The position numbers and the translations under genes are program-made. A stretch of 64,000 nucleotides of DNA from Vitrella brassicaformis CCMP3155 (lineage: Eukaryota; Protista; Chromerida): assembly GCA_001179505.1 (NCBI GenBank), contig CDMY01000239.1, forward strand, positions 62,001-126,000, given 5' to 3'. The notes beneath the pieces were generated by a model. That model ran no database searches, was not told the origin of the DNA, and saw only the letters and a program-made list of their open reading frames with translations. This document shows positions 49,382-62,400 of this stretch, piece after piece (within the stretch, counting starts at the first letter, position 1; each line of letters opens with the position of its first letter).

Positions 49382-51393
49382 ATGTGTGTGTGTTCCATGC
49401 AGTTTCGGCATATCGCTGACGTGCATGCGGGAGGTGTCGATGTCGCCACAGGGGCTGGTCTACAGAGATACGGGCCGGGAGAAGGCCACACGCGACACAA
49501 ACACCCAGCAGAAGGGGCCCTTCGGCGCATTCAAGTGAGCCATCTAGAGGGGAGGATGTTTGCTGGGCCATGTGTCTGTGTCCATGTATGTGTGTGTGCA
49601 TCAGGGATGTGTTGAACCACCCCAGCTTCTGGCGGTTCTTTTTGCTGGTGGTGTTGCTGTTGGGCGTGCGCATCATATACCGACACCTCGACGCAACCTT
49701 CCCAAAATACATGGTGGGAAGGGCACCTCACACACACAGAGAGAGGAGCATACGCACCCCGATGGGTGCTCATATGTGTGTGTATGTGTGTATGTGTGTG
49801 TTTAGGTGCGTGAGTTCGGCAAGGATGTCATGTTCGGGTCGATCATCGCCATCAACCCCCTGTGCGTGGCCATAGTGGTGCCCCTCCTCGCACCGCTCAA
49901 CATGCGCCTCCACCCACTACAGATGATAATCGTCGGCGCGTCGCTCTCCGCGCTCTCGCCCTTCCTCCTCGCCATGGGACACACCTACACCACTGCCATT
50001 GGGTCAGCCAGGGAGGGAGGGAGGGGCCGCTGTTGTCAATCTCTCTCTCTCTCTCTCTCTGTGTGTGTAGGTTTGTGACCCTCCTGTCGTTGGGCGAGGC
50101 GATTTGGTCTCCGCGATTCTACGAGTACACCGTCACCATTGCCGAAAAGGTTAGTAGACGAGGAGGTGGCGGTGGCGGGGAGGCAACGCAGCACAGACAT
50201 ATCACATGAGTGTCCCCCTCTGTCTGTCTGTGTGTGGTTTGTGGTGTGTGATTGATTGATCAGGGTCGTGAGGGCACTTACATGGCGCTGGCGTCGACGC
50301 CCATGTTCATGGCCACACTAGTGACGGGCGCCATGTCGGGCTGGCTGCTCGACACGTTCTGCCCAGAGACCGGTGCGCACAGACACAGGCAACCAACCCT
50401 TTACTGTACTTGGTCACTCGACACGTGTGCGTGGTGCAGGCTCGCGTCACTCCGAGATGATGTGGTTCATCGTGGGCTGCGTGAGCATCACATCGCCGCT
50501 CGGCATGGTGCTCCTCTACGAGATTATCGAAGAAAAGGTCACACTCGCGCACACACACTCGCCCTCTCACACACCTTGTCGCACGCCCAAGGCGCCGTGT
50601 GTGTGTGTGTGTGTGTGCAGGCTCACCGTGTGCACTCTGCCTCGTCAGTGCAACTAAAGCTGACGGCCGACGAGCGTGAGCAGGAGAGCCTTCCCAGCGA
50701 CAGCCGCCATGTGGATGGGCTGCTTAAGAGCTCCAACTCGGTCCCTCGCCTGTCTGCCTACGCCACTCTGCCGTCGACCGTCACGGCCACTGACCTGAGC
50801 ACCAGCATCACGACGGAAGAGGTCAAACCACACACACACACAGAGAGACAGCACTCTCCAACCACAGAGCGCATGATATCTGCCTGCCTGCCTGCCTGTG
50901 TGTTGGTCCTCAGCCTGTCGCCGTCGTCACCACCGCCACCACCGAGAAGACCGGCCTGTTGGCCTTTCCACCCACCAGCAATAAGAGGAGGGACAACCAC
51001 AGTGCGAACGACCACCACCACCTCATTCACCGCCGCAGAGCCGACGACACACAGACGGCGGCCGCGCCCATCGAGGCCATCATCCCCGACCCGCTGTACA
51101 GCAAATATGACAAGGGGCCGGCTGACACCGTCAAGGCGGTGGCGGGAAGGCCGCCCTGCCCACACGGGGTCAGTTTCAACAGCACGGCTCCGGCCACCGA
51201 TGAGAGTGAGATGCTGGAGTCGGGCACTGGGGGGAGCGGGGAAAGCTTCGGGTACCCACTCGCTGCCCACAAACTAGGTACGTGGAGTGCCGCCCACACA
51301 CACGCAAATTCTTGCGCGCCCGCCGGATGCATGCCTGCTGTGTGTTGTGTTGTGTGTTGTCTTTTGCTGGGTGCAGTTGATCGCTGTGCATAG
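48386..51393 (+). CDS. Major facilitator superfamily transporter, proton-dependent oligopeptide (POT/PTR)-like
   Basis: ELWLIFLLKYLESYAYF...EFGFTDEEAGLAYGIFG, GIRRYTDEGNRSLGYSIFYVMMNL, FGSIIAINPLCV, LSLGEAIWSPRFYEY, GREGTYMALAS. Many TM helices and an S/T-rich C-terminal tail. Confidence 0.88.
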
Positions 51394-52320
51394 GTAGGTA
51401 GGGAGATAGCTGGGGCGGCGGCGGTGTTGCTGCTGCTGTTTTGTGTGCATCGAATGAACGGTCCATCGATCGCACCAACGGTCGGCAGCGCAGTGGAGTC
51501 ACAACATGCTCGGGCCAGCTCGGCTCCACACCGATGCGATCGATCACGGCAGACCTTGCTCAACAGACAGAGAGAAGGGAGGGTGTGTGAGGGGTGTCGT
51601 GTCGACGATTGCTTAGCAGCATCAGCCGTGCTGGCGTCGTGGTGTCTTTCTTATTCCCTGTGCGAGTGTGCATGTCTGTCTGTGGGGCATTCATTCACTC
51701 ACTCATTTCTTTCTTTCATTCTGTGTACATACATACATCATACATACATGCAGACGTTTGGGTGTCTATAAATAGTCAGTCAGTACGGGAGAGGCATTAA
51801 CGACGTGTTGGTTGCTCTCTCTGCGGGGGGTGGTCCATCCATCCCATTCATGTATAGGGGGGAGGGGCTGCTGCCTGCATGGCATGGCATGGCATGGCAC
51901 ACTGGAGTGCTCTGCGTGTGTCATGTATCGGTCCATTGGATGAACATTATCCATGCGTGTGCGTGTTTGCGTAGGGGGAGGGAGGGAACTGATCATGACA
52001 ATGGCTTTCTCAGAGGCCAGGGTCAAGGGTTCCTCAGTCTACGGGTTTGGGTAAGGCATCGTGAAAGCGAATAGAATCCTGCCTTTTTCCCTTCGGTTCG
52101 GTCCTTTTCGCGCTTTCCGAGATCTCTGCCACCTCTTTCGGCACGTCAGCTCTCGGTTGCGTGCCTTTCGCCCCAGCGCCCACCCCACCGTGCTCACCTC
52201 TCAGCCCCTCCAAGTCACCCGCCAGTCGAGGAGGCCGCGTAGGACGCCACTCAGGGCTCCGCTGACCGCCGGATCTGCGCTCCCCTCCCGCATCGCACGC
52301 CGTCCTCAACTCTCGCCAAG

Positions 52321-54853
52321 ATGTCTGTCAGAGAGCTGCTCGACAGCAACGTCGTGCGGCGTGACCGGTTCGGAGGAGATGGAGGGCACTACGACGGGCA
52401 GAACCGGAACGCCAAGGCCATCAGGGCGCTGACCAACCTCGTTAAAGGTACGTGGGGATGCATGCGACACAACATGCACTGTGTTTGGGTGTGGGTGGTG
52501 GTGCGGGCGTGTGGCGGTGGGACAAGTCGTGAGACGGGCTGAGACAGATGTGGGTGTGACGGGCGGGAGGGTGGGGGTGTGTGGTGTGGCGGTTTGGACG
52601 CGTGGTGTGTGACCCTTGTGTGTCTGTGTGTGCATGTGTGTGGGTGTCGGTTTCAGTCACCGTTGGCGCCAAGGAGAAGGGCCAGGAACCCCAACTGCAC
52701 ATCTACTCAATCAAGTGAGAGCACTGGACATGCACTGACCGACCGACTGAGTGGTTGAATGGCCTCCTTCTCTCTCTGTGTGGGTGCAGGTTCCACCCAC
52801 CTCTGCCAGGTAGGTGTGGGTGTGGCGGCGGTGTGGGGAGGTGTGTATCGGCTGTGTGGCGTGTCCATCTGTGTGGGGCGGTCGTGCAGGTGACTTCCGC
52901 GTCCAGTCGAAGATCATCAACACGGCCGGAGCTGACGGCATCAAGACCGAACTCCGACAACTCAACCTCAACGGACCCCTCTTCACCGTACGCACACACC
53001 GCCCCGCCCCCAACACGCCCACACACACACACCCCTGCACAGCTGCCTGTTTCTCTCTCTCTCTCTCTCTCTCTCTGTGGTGTGTGTGGATGCGTGTACA
53101 CACCTGCCTGCAGGGGACGGCGTTGCTGACGATCAACCCGACGGGCTGGGAGGGCCAGCGCGAGGCAAAGACCTTCGACAAGGTCCTGGGCGGCACCAAC
53201 ACGACGGTGGAGGTTGCGTGGAGGGTGGCCGTGTCCCTCTCGCCCATGGCCATCACCCCGCAGACCCACTCTGACGAACGAATCCGCGCTAAGATGATCA
53301 ACGCACAGGTGGGTGCCGNNNNNNNNNNNNNNNNNNNNNNNNNNNNNNNNNNNNNNNNNNNNNNNNNNNNNNNNNNNNNNNNNNNNNNNNNNNNNNNNNN
53401 NNNNNNNNNNNNNNNNNNNNNNNNNNNNNNNNNNNNNNNNNNNNNNNNNNNNNNNNNNNNNNNNNNNNNNNNNNNNNNNNNNNNNNNNNNNNNNNNNNNN
53501 NNNNNNNNNNNNNNNNNNNNNNNNNNNNNNNNNNNNNNNNNNNNNNNNNNNNNNNNNNNNNNNNNNNNNNNNNNNNNNNNNNNNNNNNNNNNNNNNNNNN
53601 NNNNNNNNNNNNNNNNNNGGGGGGGGGGGGGGGGTGTGGTGGTCATGTCTTGTGTTGTGTCTGCCTGGGTTGTGTGCAGAGTTTCTTCGTCGACAATGCC
53701 GTGCGCTCGGCGCTACGCGCCAACGAAGTCCTGCATCAGCTGCGCGACAGCTTCTACAAGTACGTGTGTGTGTCGTTGGCCACCACACACCACACCGCAC
53801 CTCACCGCACACCAATCCCATCCCATTGTGTCTGTGCGTCTGTGTGGTTTGCCGGACAGGTTGCATGAGGCGCGTGACATCTCGGTGACGCAGGCGCTCA
53901 AGCTCTCCCTCGCCAAGGGGTTCAAGACGGTAGGTCGACTCTCGAGGTTCGCCATGATTGGGGGCGGTGTGGGCCCCTTGGGGTCGAATCGCGGGACACG
54001 CCATACAGATTGGGAGGCTGCATGTGGTGGTTGGTTGATTCAGGCGGCGTTGTCCATCGCCCGCGGCCCCCATGTCGCGCTGGCACTCAACCACCTGTGG
54101 GCCCTCAACTGCACACACACATACACATACACGCAACACATACCATCACACTGATCATATGTGAGTGTCTGTCTGTCTGCCTGTCGTCTGTGTGTGTGTG
54201 TGTGTGTGTGCAGCATCAGTCAGTACCGACACCTGCGACAGACAGACAGACAGACAGACCCCCACATGTGATCAATGTGATGGGATGTGTTGTGTTGTGT
54301 GTCTGTGCGTATGTGTGTGTGCAGTTGAGGGCGAGGCCCGCAAGTTGATAGAGGACATCTACAGCCGCACCAGCGGCACTGTGCAAGAGAAACGACAGGC
54401 CGTCAAGGAGGCACTCGAGGGACGGTACGCACACACACACAGAGAGACAGACAGACAGACACTCGCGCGTGTGTGTGTGTTGTGCAGCACCATCACGACC
54501 AGCCACGTCAAGCAGGCCTACACCATCGTACGCACACACGCCTCACACACTCACTCACTCACTCACTCAGTCACCCACCCACACTCACACGCGCACATCT
54601 GTGCTGTGCTGTGCTGTGCTGTGGTGGATGCAGCACGAGATCGACTACACCAAGACAGCCGACAGGTCACACAAACAAACACCGCAGTCGATACGATAAA
54701 CCAATAATGCATTGAGTCACTGTCTCCCTGTGAGTGTGTGTGTGTGTGTGCATTCCTGCTCACTGGCTGCAGTTTGTTTGAGTCGGGCGGCGTTCAGACA
54801 TCGTTCAGAACAGTGAGCAGAACACGCTCATGGATGGATGGATGGATGGGTGG

Positions 54854-54890
<37 letters not shown>

Positions 54891-57800
54891 TTCTCCACGC
54901 GCTACAACATTGATCTCCCCCCAGGCAGCGTCCGCCCATGCTAGTACGGATGCTGCCTGCATCCACTGACACATCAATCACACTCTGACTGAAATTTTTG
55001 CCCCTCTCTCTCTGTTCTGTGTGTGCAGGTGTGTCTGCGTGGCCGTCGCGAGTGCGTCATTCCACCTGCTGTGGTCAGTCAGGCTGCATAGCACTCACTC
55101 CACACACGTGGCTGTCTGTCTGGATTTCTCTCGGTGGGTGATGTGTGTGATGTGTGTGTTCCCGCAGTGCCGTGTGACGGGTGCGCCCAAGCGGGGTGAC
55201 GAGCGCTCCCTACAACTCGTGCGCCGCACCATGATCTCAGAGACGTACGCACAACCCCCTCTCTCCCTGCTCCCCCGCACTTTTCCCCCTGTGTGTCATG
55301 TCTGTGTGTCTGTCTGTTTGTCTGTCTGTGTGTATGTCAGTCGTATGGATCCGGCCCAGCGCATGAAACACCTCAAGGGCTGCTGCCTCTGTTCGGCAAT
55401 CCAGCTGGCCGACCAGTTCCTCCAGGCACGTGTGTGTGCGTCTGGGGGGTTGGCAATGGATGATGAATGGCATTGTGAACCGACCCATGGATGGACGGAT
55501 GGACGTGTATGTGTGTGGATGGTCAGGTGGAGGGCTGGGAGCTCGACAAGAACCTCTTCAAGTGCGACATCGGCAAGAGAGACGTACGCGAGATGCCACA
55601 CACACACACATACACAACACCAGGACACACACAGAGATGTCCATGCCATATCCCTCCCTCCCTCCCTCGTGCGTGTGTGCGTGTGTGTGTGCAGCCGATC
55701 GACCCCACTATGTTGGACCAGCAGCAGAAGCAGTCGGTGGCCAAGCCGCCACCCCTCGTCGTCGACCAGAACAGCATCATGGCCGTGTGCGTCATCCAGG
55801 AGCAAGGCGAAAGACAGCTCGGACCCTTCCTAGGCGCACTCAAAACGCAACTCGACACGTACGCCACACACACACAAACACCCTCTCTCTCTCTTTCACA
55901 CACACGGAGGGATGGATGGCACAGAGGGATGGATGGATGCCCTCTCGTGTGTGTGTGTGTGTGTGCGTGTGTACAGTTACCGCGTGCGTGTGGCCTCTGA
56001 GCCATTCTGCATCCCGGTGGGGGGTCGTGGCAGGCCCGAGGACAGGTGGCGAGAGGCGGCGCAGCAGGGCGTCGAGAGGATGCTCCAAATGGGCAACATG
56101 GGCCCCAAAGAACACGCTCTCGGGTACACACACACACACACACACACACACGTGGGGGAGTGGGAGAGGCAGAGAGAGAGCTGTGCGTTGACTGCATCCG
56201 TGTGTGTGTGTGTGTGTGTGTGCAGTTGTCTGCTGCTGGCGATCATCCCGGACAGCCTCGAGAAGGTCGTCTACAAGCCCATCAAGAACGTCCGCAAACA
56301 CACACATACACTGGAGGGATGGACGGGCGGATGGGATGGGGGGATGCGCTCCCTCCCTCTGTCTCTGTCTGTTGTCCTCAGGTGTGTTACGTGCAATATG
56401 CCGTCAGCTGCCAGTGCATCAAGCGCGGCACCATCGAGAAGAAGATGACGGTGGGTACCCACTGAGTCAATCGCGCACTTGGCCATTGCTCACACTCATC
56501 CCTCTGTGTGTGTGGTGTGTTGATGCCATCGATCAACGCATCGCATCAGGTGGTGGCTCCCAAGCTGGTGACGCAGATCATCTGCAAGATGGGCGGCCAC
56601 GGCTGGTCGATCCCGGCCATCAAAGGTGAGAGCGATGGGGCGAGTGACACACAGCACAAGACACCACACCGAACAACACGGACCCACACAATCCCCCATG
56701 CGTGTGGCGTGCGTGTGTGCAGATTCCATCAGCCCGCCCGACAAGGGGCCCAAGCCGACAATGGCCATCGGCATCAACATGGGCAAGTGCCTCAGCAGCG
56801 CCATGTGTGCCTTCACCGCATCCGTCAACATCGAGTACGCACCCAGTCAAACACCCCCACCTCCCCCCACCGCCCAGCCCATTCACCATTGAGGTGTGTG
56901 TGTGTGTGTGTAGGTTCACGAGTTACGTGTCGGTGGTGGAGTTTCTGCAGCAGGACGACCCTGCCGTTGGCCGCAAGCGGAGCTACAAAGAGAGGGAGGC
57001 CGAGGCGTTCAAGTGGTGCTTTCCCAAGTTCGTCCAGGCCTTCGCACGGTCCAACGAAGGCAGAAAGCCTGCGTAAGGAGGACTCACCACACAAGGAACA
57101 GACACAGCAGACAGACGGGCAAGCTTGTGTGTGACTGTGTGACTGTGTCGGTCGGTCAGCCGCATCATCATATACCGCGATGGCGTGCCCGAGGCCGAGA
57201 AACCCGACTTCTTCAAGTGAATGAGTCATCGCATCGCGGCCATGGATGCATCTCTCTCTCTCTGTGTGTGTGTGTGGTCAGGTACTACATGAATTCAGGC
57301 AGGAAGGGCGAGCCCGGCGCGATCCCCACCGCACTCGACCAGCTGCGGTCCCAAGAGGGTTTCGAGAACTACAACCCTGCCGTCCTCCTGTGCATCGTAC
57401 GCACACCACCACCCACACACACACACAACACCCGCTCACATAGTGGATGGATGGATGGATGGATGACACACCCCCTCCTCCCTCTCTCTCTGAATATCTA
57501 TGTGTGTGTGTGTGTGTGTGTGGTGCAGGTGAGCAAGCGTGGCCCGGGTGCTGTGAAGTTCTTCCAGATCACCGGAGAGGGCAGGGACGGCACTCCACAG
57601 GTAGGCGCCTGAACGACTGAGGGGGGGGTGGGGGCCTTCGGTTACATCCGTTGTGCTGTGTGTCTATTTTGTGTTGTGTTGTGTTGTGTTGTGATGTGTT
57701 GTGTGCAGGTCAGGAACCCGCCCGAGCGTTGTGTGTTCGATCGTGACGTGACCTACGACTACAAGTTCGACTTCTGTAAGCACCTTTGTTTGCACCCACA

Positions 57801-58330
57801 CGCGCAGCGCACCCACAGGCATACGACGTAGGTAGACGTGTGTGCATCCATCTCCCTCTGGATGCATGTGTGTGTGTCTCCATGATGTAGACTGCTGCCA
57901 TCAGCGCGTCACTCAGGTACGCACGCACAGCAGACAGACAGACATACAGACCCATGGATGGATGGATGGATTTATGCCACCGAGCAGGGCTCCATCACGC
58001 CGACATACTACGACGTCTTGTACAACGACTTCATCATCAAGAAGGAGGGGCAGGAGGGCGGCATGCAGGCAGCCAAAATTCAGGAATTCACACAGCAATT
58101 CGCGTCCATCTACCAGAACTGGTACGTTGGCTGGAGGAGTGGGGGTCGTCGTATGGCTGGCTCTGTGTGTGCGTGTGTGCGTGTGTGTGTGTGTGTGTGT
58201 GTTCAGGCCGGGTGGCCCGATTCGGGTGCCTGCGCCACTCATATACGCCGCCAAGCTGTCAGACATGGTGGCCGACCACCTGCGAGAGCACTTCAACCCA
58301 CGCCTCGAGAGCTTTCTGTTCTTCCTCTAA
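52321..58330 (+). CDS. PIWI: PIWI-clade Argonaute protein (N-PAZ-MID-PIWI), about 32 exons, non-canonical catalytic tetrad
   Basis: PAZ: SFRT|YFSTRYNIDL, PPAV|CRVTG. MID: VVYKPIKN|VC...SCQCIKRGTI...TQIICKMGGHGW. PIWI: TMAIGINMG, RIIIYRDGV, IVSKR, VRNPP...DF|YCCHQRVTQ|GSITPTYYDVLYND, IYQNW|PGGPIRVPAPLIYAAKL...LESFLFFL*. Confidence 0.95.
53319..53618. other. Assembly gap (300 N)
   Basis: N run next to a poly-G tract in a PIWI intron. The flanking exons are phase-compatible (0/0). Confidence 1.
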
Positions 58331-59411
58331 GCCAACACACCCATACTCGGCCACACCTACGTGCGCATGAAGGTGCGTGCATCGCATCCACACACGCAGA
58401 CGAGCGCACCAAACCACCCACACCCACCCGAGCAGCATATTTCTCTGCCTGCCTGCCTGCCTGCCTGCTTGTGCGTGTGTGTGTGGTCGTTCAGCAGTGG
58501 TTTTTCCGTCCGTGTCGATCGCTTTGAAGGAGGGGCAGTGGGATGGCATACATACAGACAGTTTTGCAATACGTGTGGGGGGTGGGTGCATACAAGGAGG
58601 AGAGATACACACGATACACACCCTGTGTATCGTCAGCACATCGCTAGCTGTGGTTTTCCCCCACTCACTCACTCCCTCACTCACTCGTCGTCTCGTCAGC
58701 TGTCTGCCTGCATATATATGGACACTTGGCGGCCCACCGAGTGACTCTGTCCCTCTCTCTCCGTGGCGTGTGTTGCTTGGGCGCGCTTGTGCGAGTAAGT
58801 GTGTATGTGATCTTCTGACAATGCATTGTGGGGTGGATCTACTGTGTGAAAGTGAACCTGTGGTCGTGACAGATGTGAGCTGGTGACACTGACACGTCAG
58901 CGCATATGTGTTACGACCACACGTCGCCCGGCACACAGTCTGCATGCCGCCGATTTTGCACCACATACGGGTGGTGGTTTCGTATGTGTTCCGGACACGT
59001 TTGTACGTGCTTGCGTGACATCCCGGGCACGAAAGAGAGAGACACGCCTAGGTTTTTCCGCCATTCATAGGGCCGCCGTCGTTGTGCATACATTTGTCCG
59101 TAGGTCTGTCTGTCTGTCTGTCTGCAGAGAGTCTGTCTCCCTCCCTCCCTTTCTGACTGCCTGGATGTCTCTGTATGTATGTATGTAGATACCTATTACA
59201 CCATCATGCCGAGTCAGAGAGGAGTGATCGTAAGTAGGGTGACCAATCGCTTTATGCACGCACGTGTGCACATGCGCCATCCGCGTACATATGTGGACAC
59301 AAATGATCCGTTTTGGCGCGTGACGACACAGACGCCATAAGCATCGATCGATACAGGCCGCACACATAGCAACAGCTTTACTGTGTGAAACCACGCACGC
59401 TTACCGATGTC

Positions 59412-62400
59412 ATGAGTGGCGCCAACTTGAGAGGGGCGCGGCATGGAGAGGGCGTAGGGAGGGATTCTCGGATTTCCACATCAGTTGTCCCACATCGACT
59501 GTCGATTCATTCGCGCATGCAAGAAGGACGCCCCCATAGGCCCCCATGTCGAAAAGATGTTCCTCGTATTCTCTGCTCTCCTGTGTCGGTTTGCACTGGC
59601 CAACGGGCTGCGACACACACCGTCAGCCCGGCGCTTCACACTGGCAGGGGCGATGTGGCTCAACGTGACGTAAGCGCACAGACAGCCTGGCCCAAAGAGG
59701 AAGCAGAAGCAGGAGAAGGGCATCACCGTTTCCTTTGAACACTCATGTAAGTAGGTCTGTGTGCAGCCATGGACAGATGCAGACAGAGACCCACAACACA
59801 CATGCATATGCGTGTGTGGGCGTGACATCGATGTGATATACATCCCTTCAGACTGCAATCAGGTCAACGATGTCTGTTTCTCGTGGGACTATCCCGCTCC
59901 GTCTGAGAAGCGAATGTATAGCCTGACCGACGACAAGTTTTCGAGGTGCGTGTCACACACAATCCATATGTATGCAGCAGACCGCAGGCAGGCCACTGCG
60001 CTGTTTGTGTGCATGTGTGTCACGGACAGTATAATTCGGAACATGGACGCGCCTGAGCGAGGCCTCGAGTGCGAGAGGCGCCAGGTGTTCTGCCCCGAAG
60101 ACTACGACGGCGAGGGGGAGCTAACCTACCGGGGTCAGAATCAGACTGCCGCATGTCCGGGCCCCAAAAAGGAGATACTTCGGTGTTGCCGCTCGTGGGA
60201 CGCCTCGAACTTTGAGCACTTCTTCATCGACGACACCACTGCTGCACCTGCAGAGGAGACAGACGAAGAGTGAGGGAGCCAATGAAAGGCATTCCTTCGT
60301 GCGTACGTACTTATGCGTGCATCTGTGTGCAGGGCCCTTCCTCTGAGCGAGGATTGCTGTAGCAGTCCCAAACACGCCCCGGCCACCGTTACCAGCGTAT
60401 GTATGTATTGTATGCACCCACGTATAGTATCCAGCGCCAGACCAGACAACGCAACGGGAGGGCAAGGCAAGTACCCGCCTGCCCTGCCTATGTAGTGCTT
60501 GTCTGGTGTGTGACCAGCTCTGGGACGTTTGGCAGCTCCTCGCACAGGCATGCACTCACTGCAGCCCAGCCACCTGACCTTGATGTCGTGTTGTCTTGTT
60601 TGCTCGTCTGCTTGTTTGCTTCAGCTTCACTACGTCACTTTGCAGCGGACGGCGAAGTGGCACAAGTGGGAGACACCGCATATGCACTGGGGACATCCGC
60701 AGGAGGGAGGTGTTGAGGAGCCGCCGCGTGTGAAGGCCATGAACGATTGGGTCAGGACGTGGTTGAAACAGTACTGGCCGGTTGTCATGGAAGAGGTGAG
60801 TGACGTGACAGTCATCCAGAATGCTCCCTGCCTGCACGCGCCCTCATGGCGGCCATGAGCTTTGGATGGGCAGATGACCGTGTGGAGACGGATTCAAGTG
60901 GCCACACGCATACACATACACGCGCACACCCAGCACAAGAAGTTCATCGCGTAAGCAAGAAAGGGCCGATGGAACGAATCAGGTCGGGTGGCTGCGTCCC
61001 TCCCTGCCATCCATTTGTCGATTGATGCTCAGGCAGGTGTGCCGGTTCATCGGGCAGGCCCGTCTGCCCGTCCCTTATGACCACACCACCCGAAACCGCC
61101 TAGCGGCGCTGTACGTCCGCCCCGATCTGTGGGAGGAGGACCCTTTAGCAGATACTCTGAGACAGCGTGAGGCCTGCATCAGTGTGCCCAAGACATGGGA
61201 GATCCATGAGGCGACTGAGTGTGACGCCTTCGCAGCCCGCGAAGAACCCCGGGCCTCGGAGAAGACAGCGACTGAGGCAGGTAGCGAGGGGGAGAGACAA
61301 AGTGAGTCTGAGGAGGAGAGAGACATTGAGACGGTGTGCGTGGAGCCCACGTGGGAGACACCGGTGTTATTCGATTTCCCATCGTACGCCAACCAGCTAT
61401 GTGAGGGAGAACTGAGGGATGCCTGAATAATTCATGTATGTGTCGCTTGCTGCTGACGATGTACGGCACGTGTGCGTCTGCGGCCCATGTGCCTTTGCAG
61501 GTGGTCCTCATGGCGCGTGCAAGGCCTATGACATGTACAACTTCGAGTTTGCTGACTTGTTCTGGTTGAGTGGGCCTGCTGCTATCTATCGATGCGCTGT
61601 CTGCTTACTCTGACTTGCCACATGCAGGTGCCGAAGAGGGACGAGACGTCGGCGGCATGGAAGAAGCTGTTCGACCGAAAGACCAAGGAGAAGTGCTGTG
61701 CGGTAGGCACGAGACATGGAGGCACAAACGCACACAAACCCAACACAACACATGCGCCTTTCCCTCACACGTGCGCGTGTGCATTGACTGACTCAATCAG
61801 GGCTATGTGCCGATGCGGCTCATCGAGTTGTGGCGACTGGCTTCCATCGGCTACTTCGAGACAGAGAAGCTGGGAGAAGATGCCATCAATGAAGCCAAGA
61901 AGGTTGTCGAGGCTGCCTTGTTAAGGTTTCGCGTCTCTGCGGCGCTTCAGAAAGGTCTGGACAAATGTAACAACACAGATTGATCCATCGTGTGTCGCCG
62001 AGTGCGTGTCTTCACGTGTGTATCAGGTCCTCTGCGTTTTGTGTGCAACTTTATATCCAACTACATGGCCAACTCACTGCTGGAGGACGTCAAGGCGGAG
62101 GACGTCAAGGACGTCAGGGGAGATTTTGTAGGCGACGCTGTAAAGATCAAGATCGGCCTAAAGCTGGTGCTGCAGCCAGACATCGAGGACCTGGTGCTCG
62201 AAAAGCAAACGGGGGGGAAGTCGCTTCTTGAACTGGGCACATGTAAGCGACTGACTGGAAGGGGAGCCACATGCTACGAAAGAATGTATTGATTGACGGG
62301 TGCGAATGTGGGTGAATAGGTGTGCCAGAGGACATGCTTGCCGCCTACGATGCTTCGTTCCCCACCTTCAAGCCTCCCTCCGATGCCGACAAGAAGGCCC

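Larger units (their letters stand above)
13550..59200. repeat. Dense intronic and intergenic microsatellites: (AC/GT)n, (GACA)n, (GGAG)n, (GGAT)n, (GCAG)n, (TCAG)n
   Basis: Visible in almost every intron of this span, e.g. 22217-22238, 35330-35370, 39170-39198, 49345-49380. Confidence 0.95.

Noticed and set aside
16402-54154. Long ORFs in the supplied track that span N runs or microsatellites (e.g. 16402-17475, 21664-22275, 52703-54139, 52814-54154)
   Set aside because: They are artefacts of X-translated gaps and of stop-poor (GT)n/(AC)n introns. The real genes are spliced.
55426-55431. GC-AG intron in PIWI (CAG|GCACGT)
   Set aside because: An in-phase GT donor lies 6 nt downstream (CGT|GTGTGT), so a GC donor is not required.
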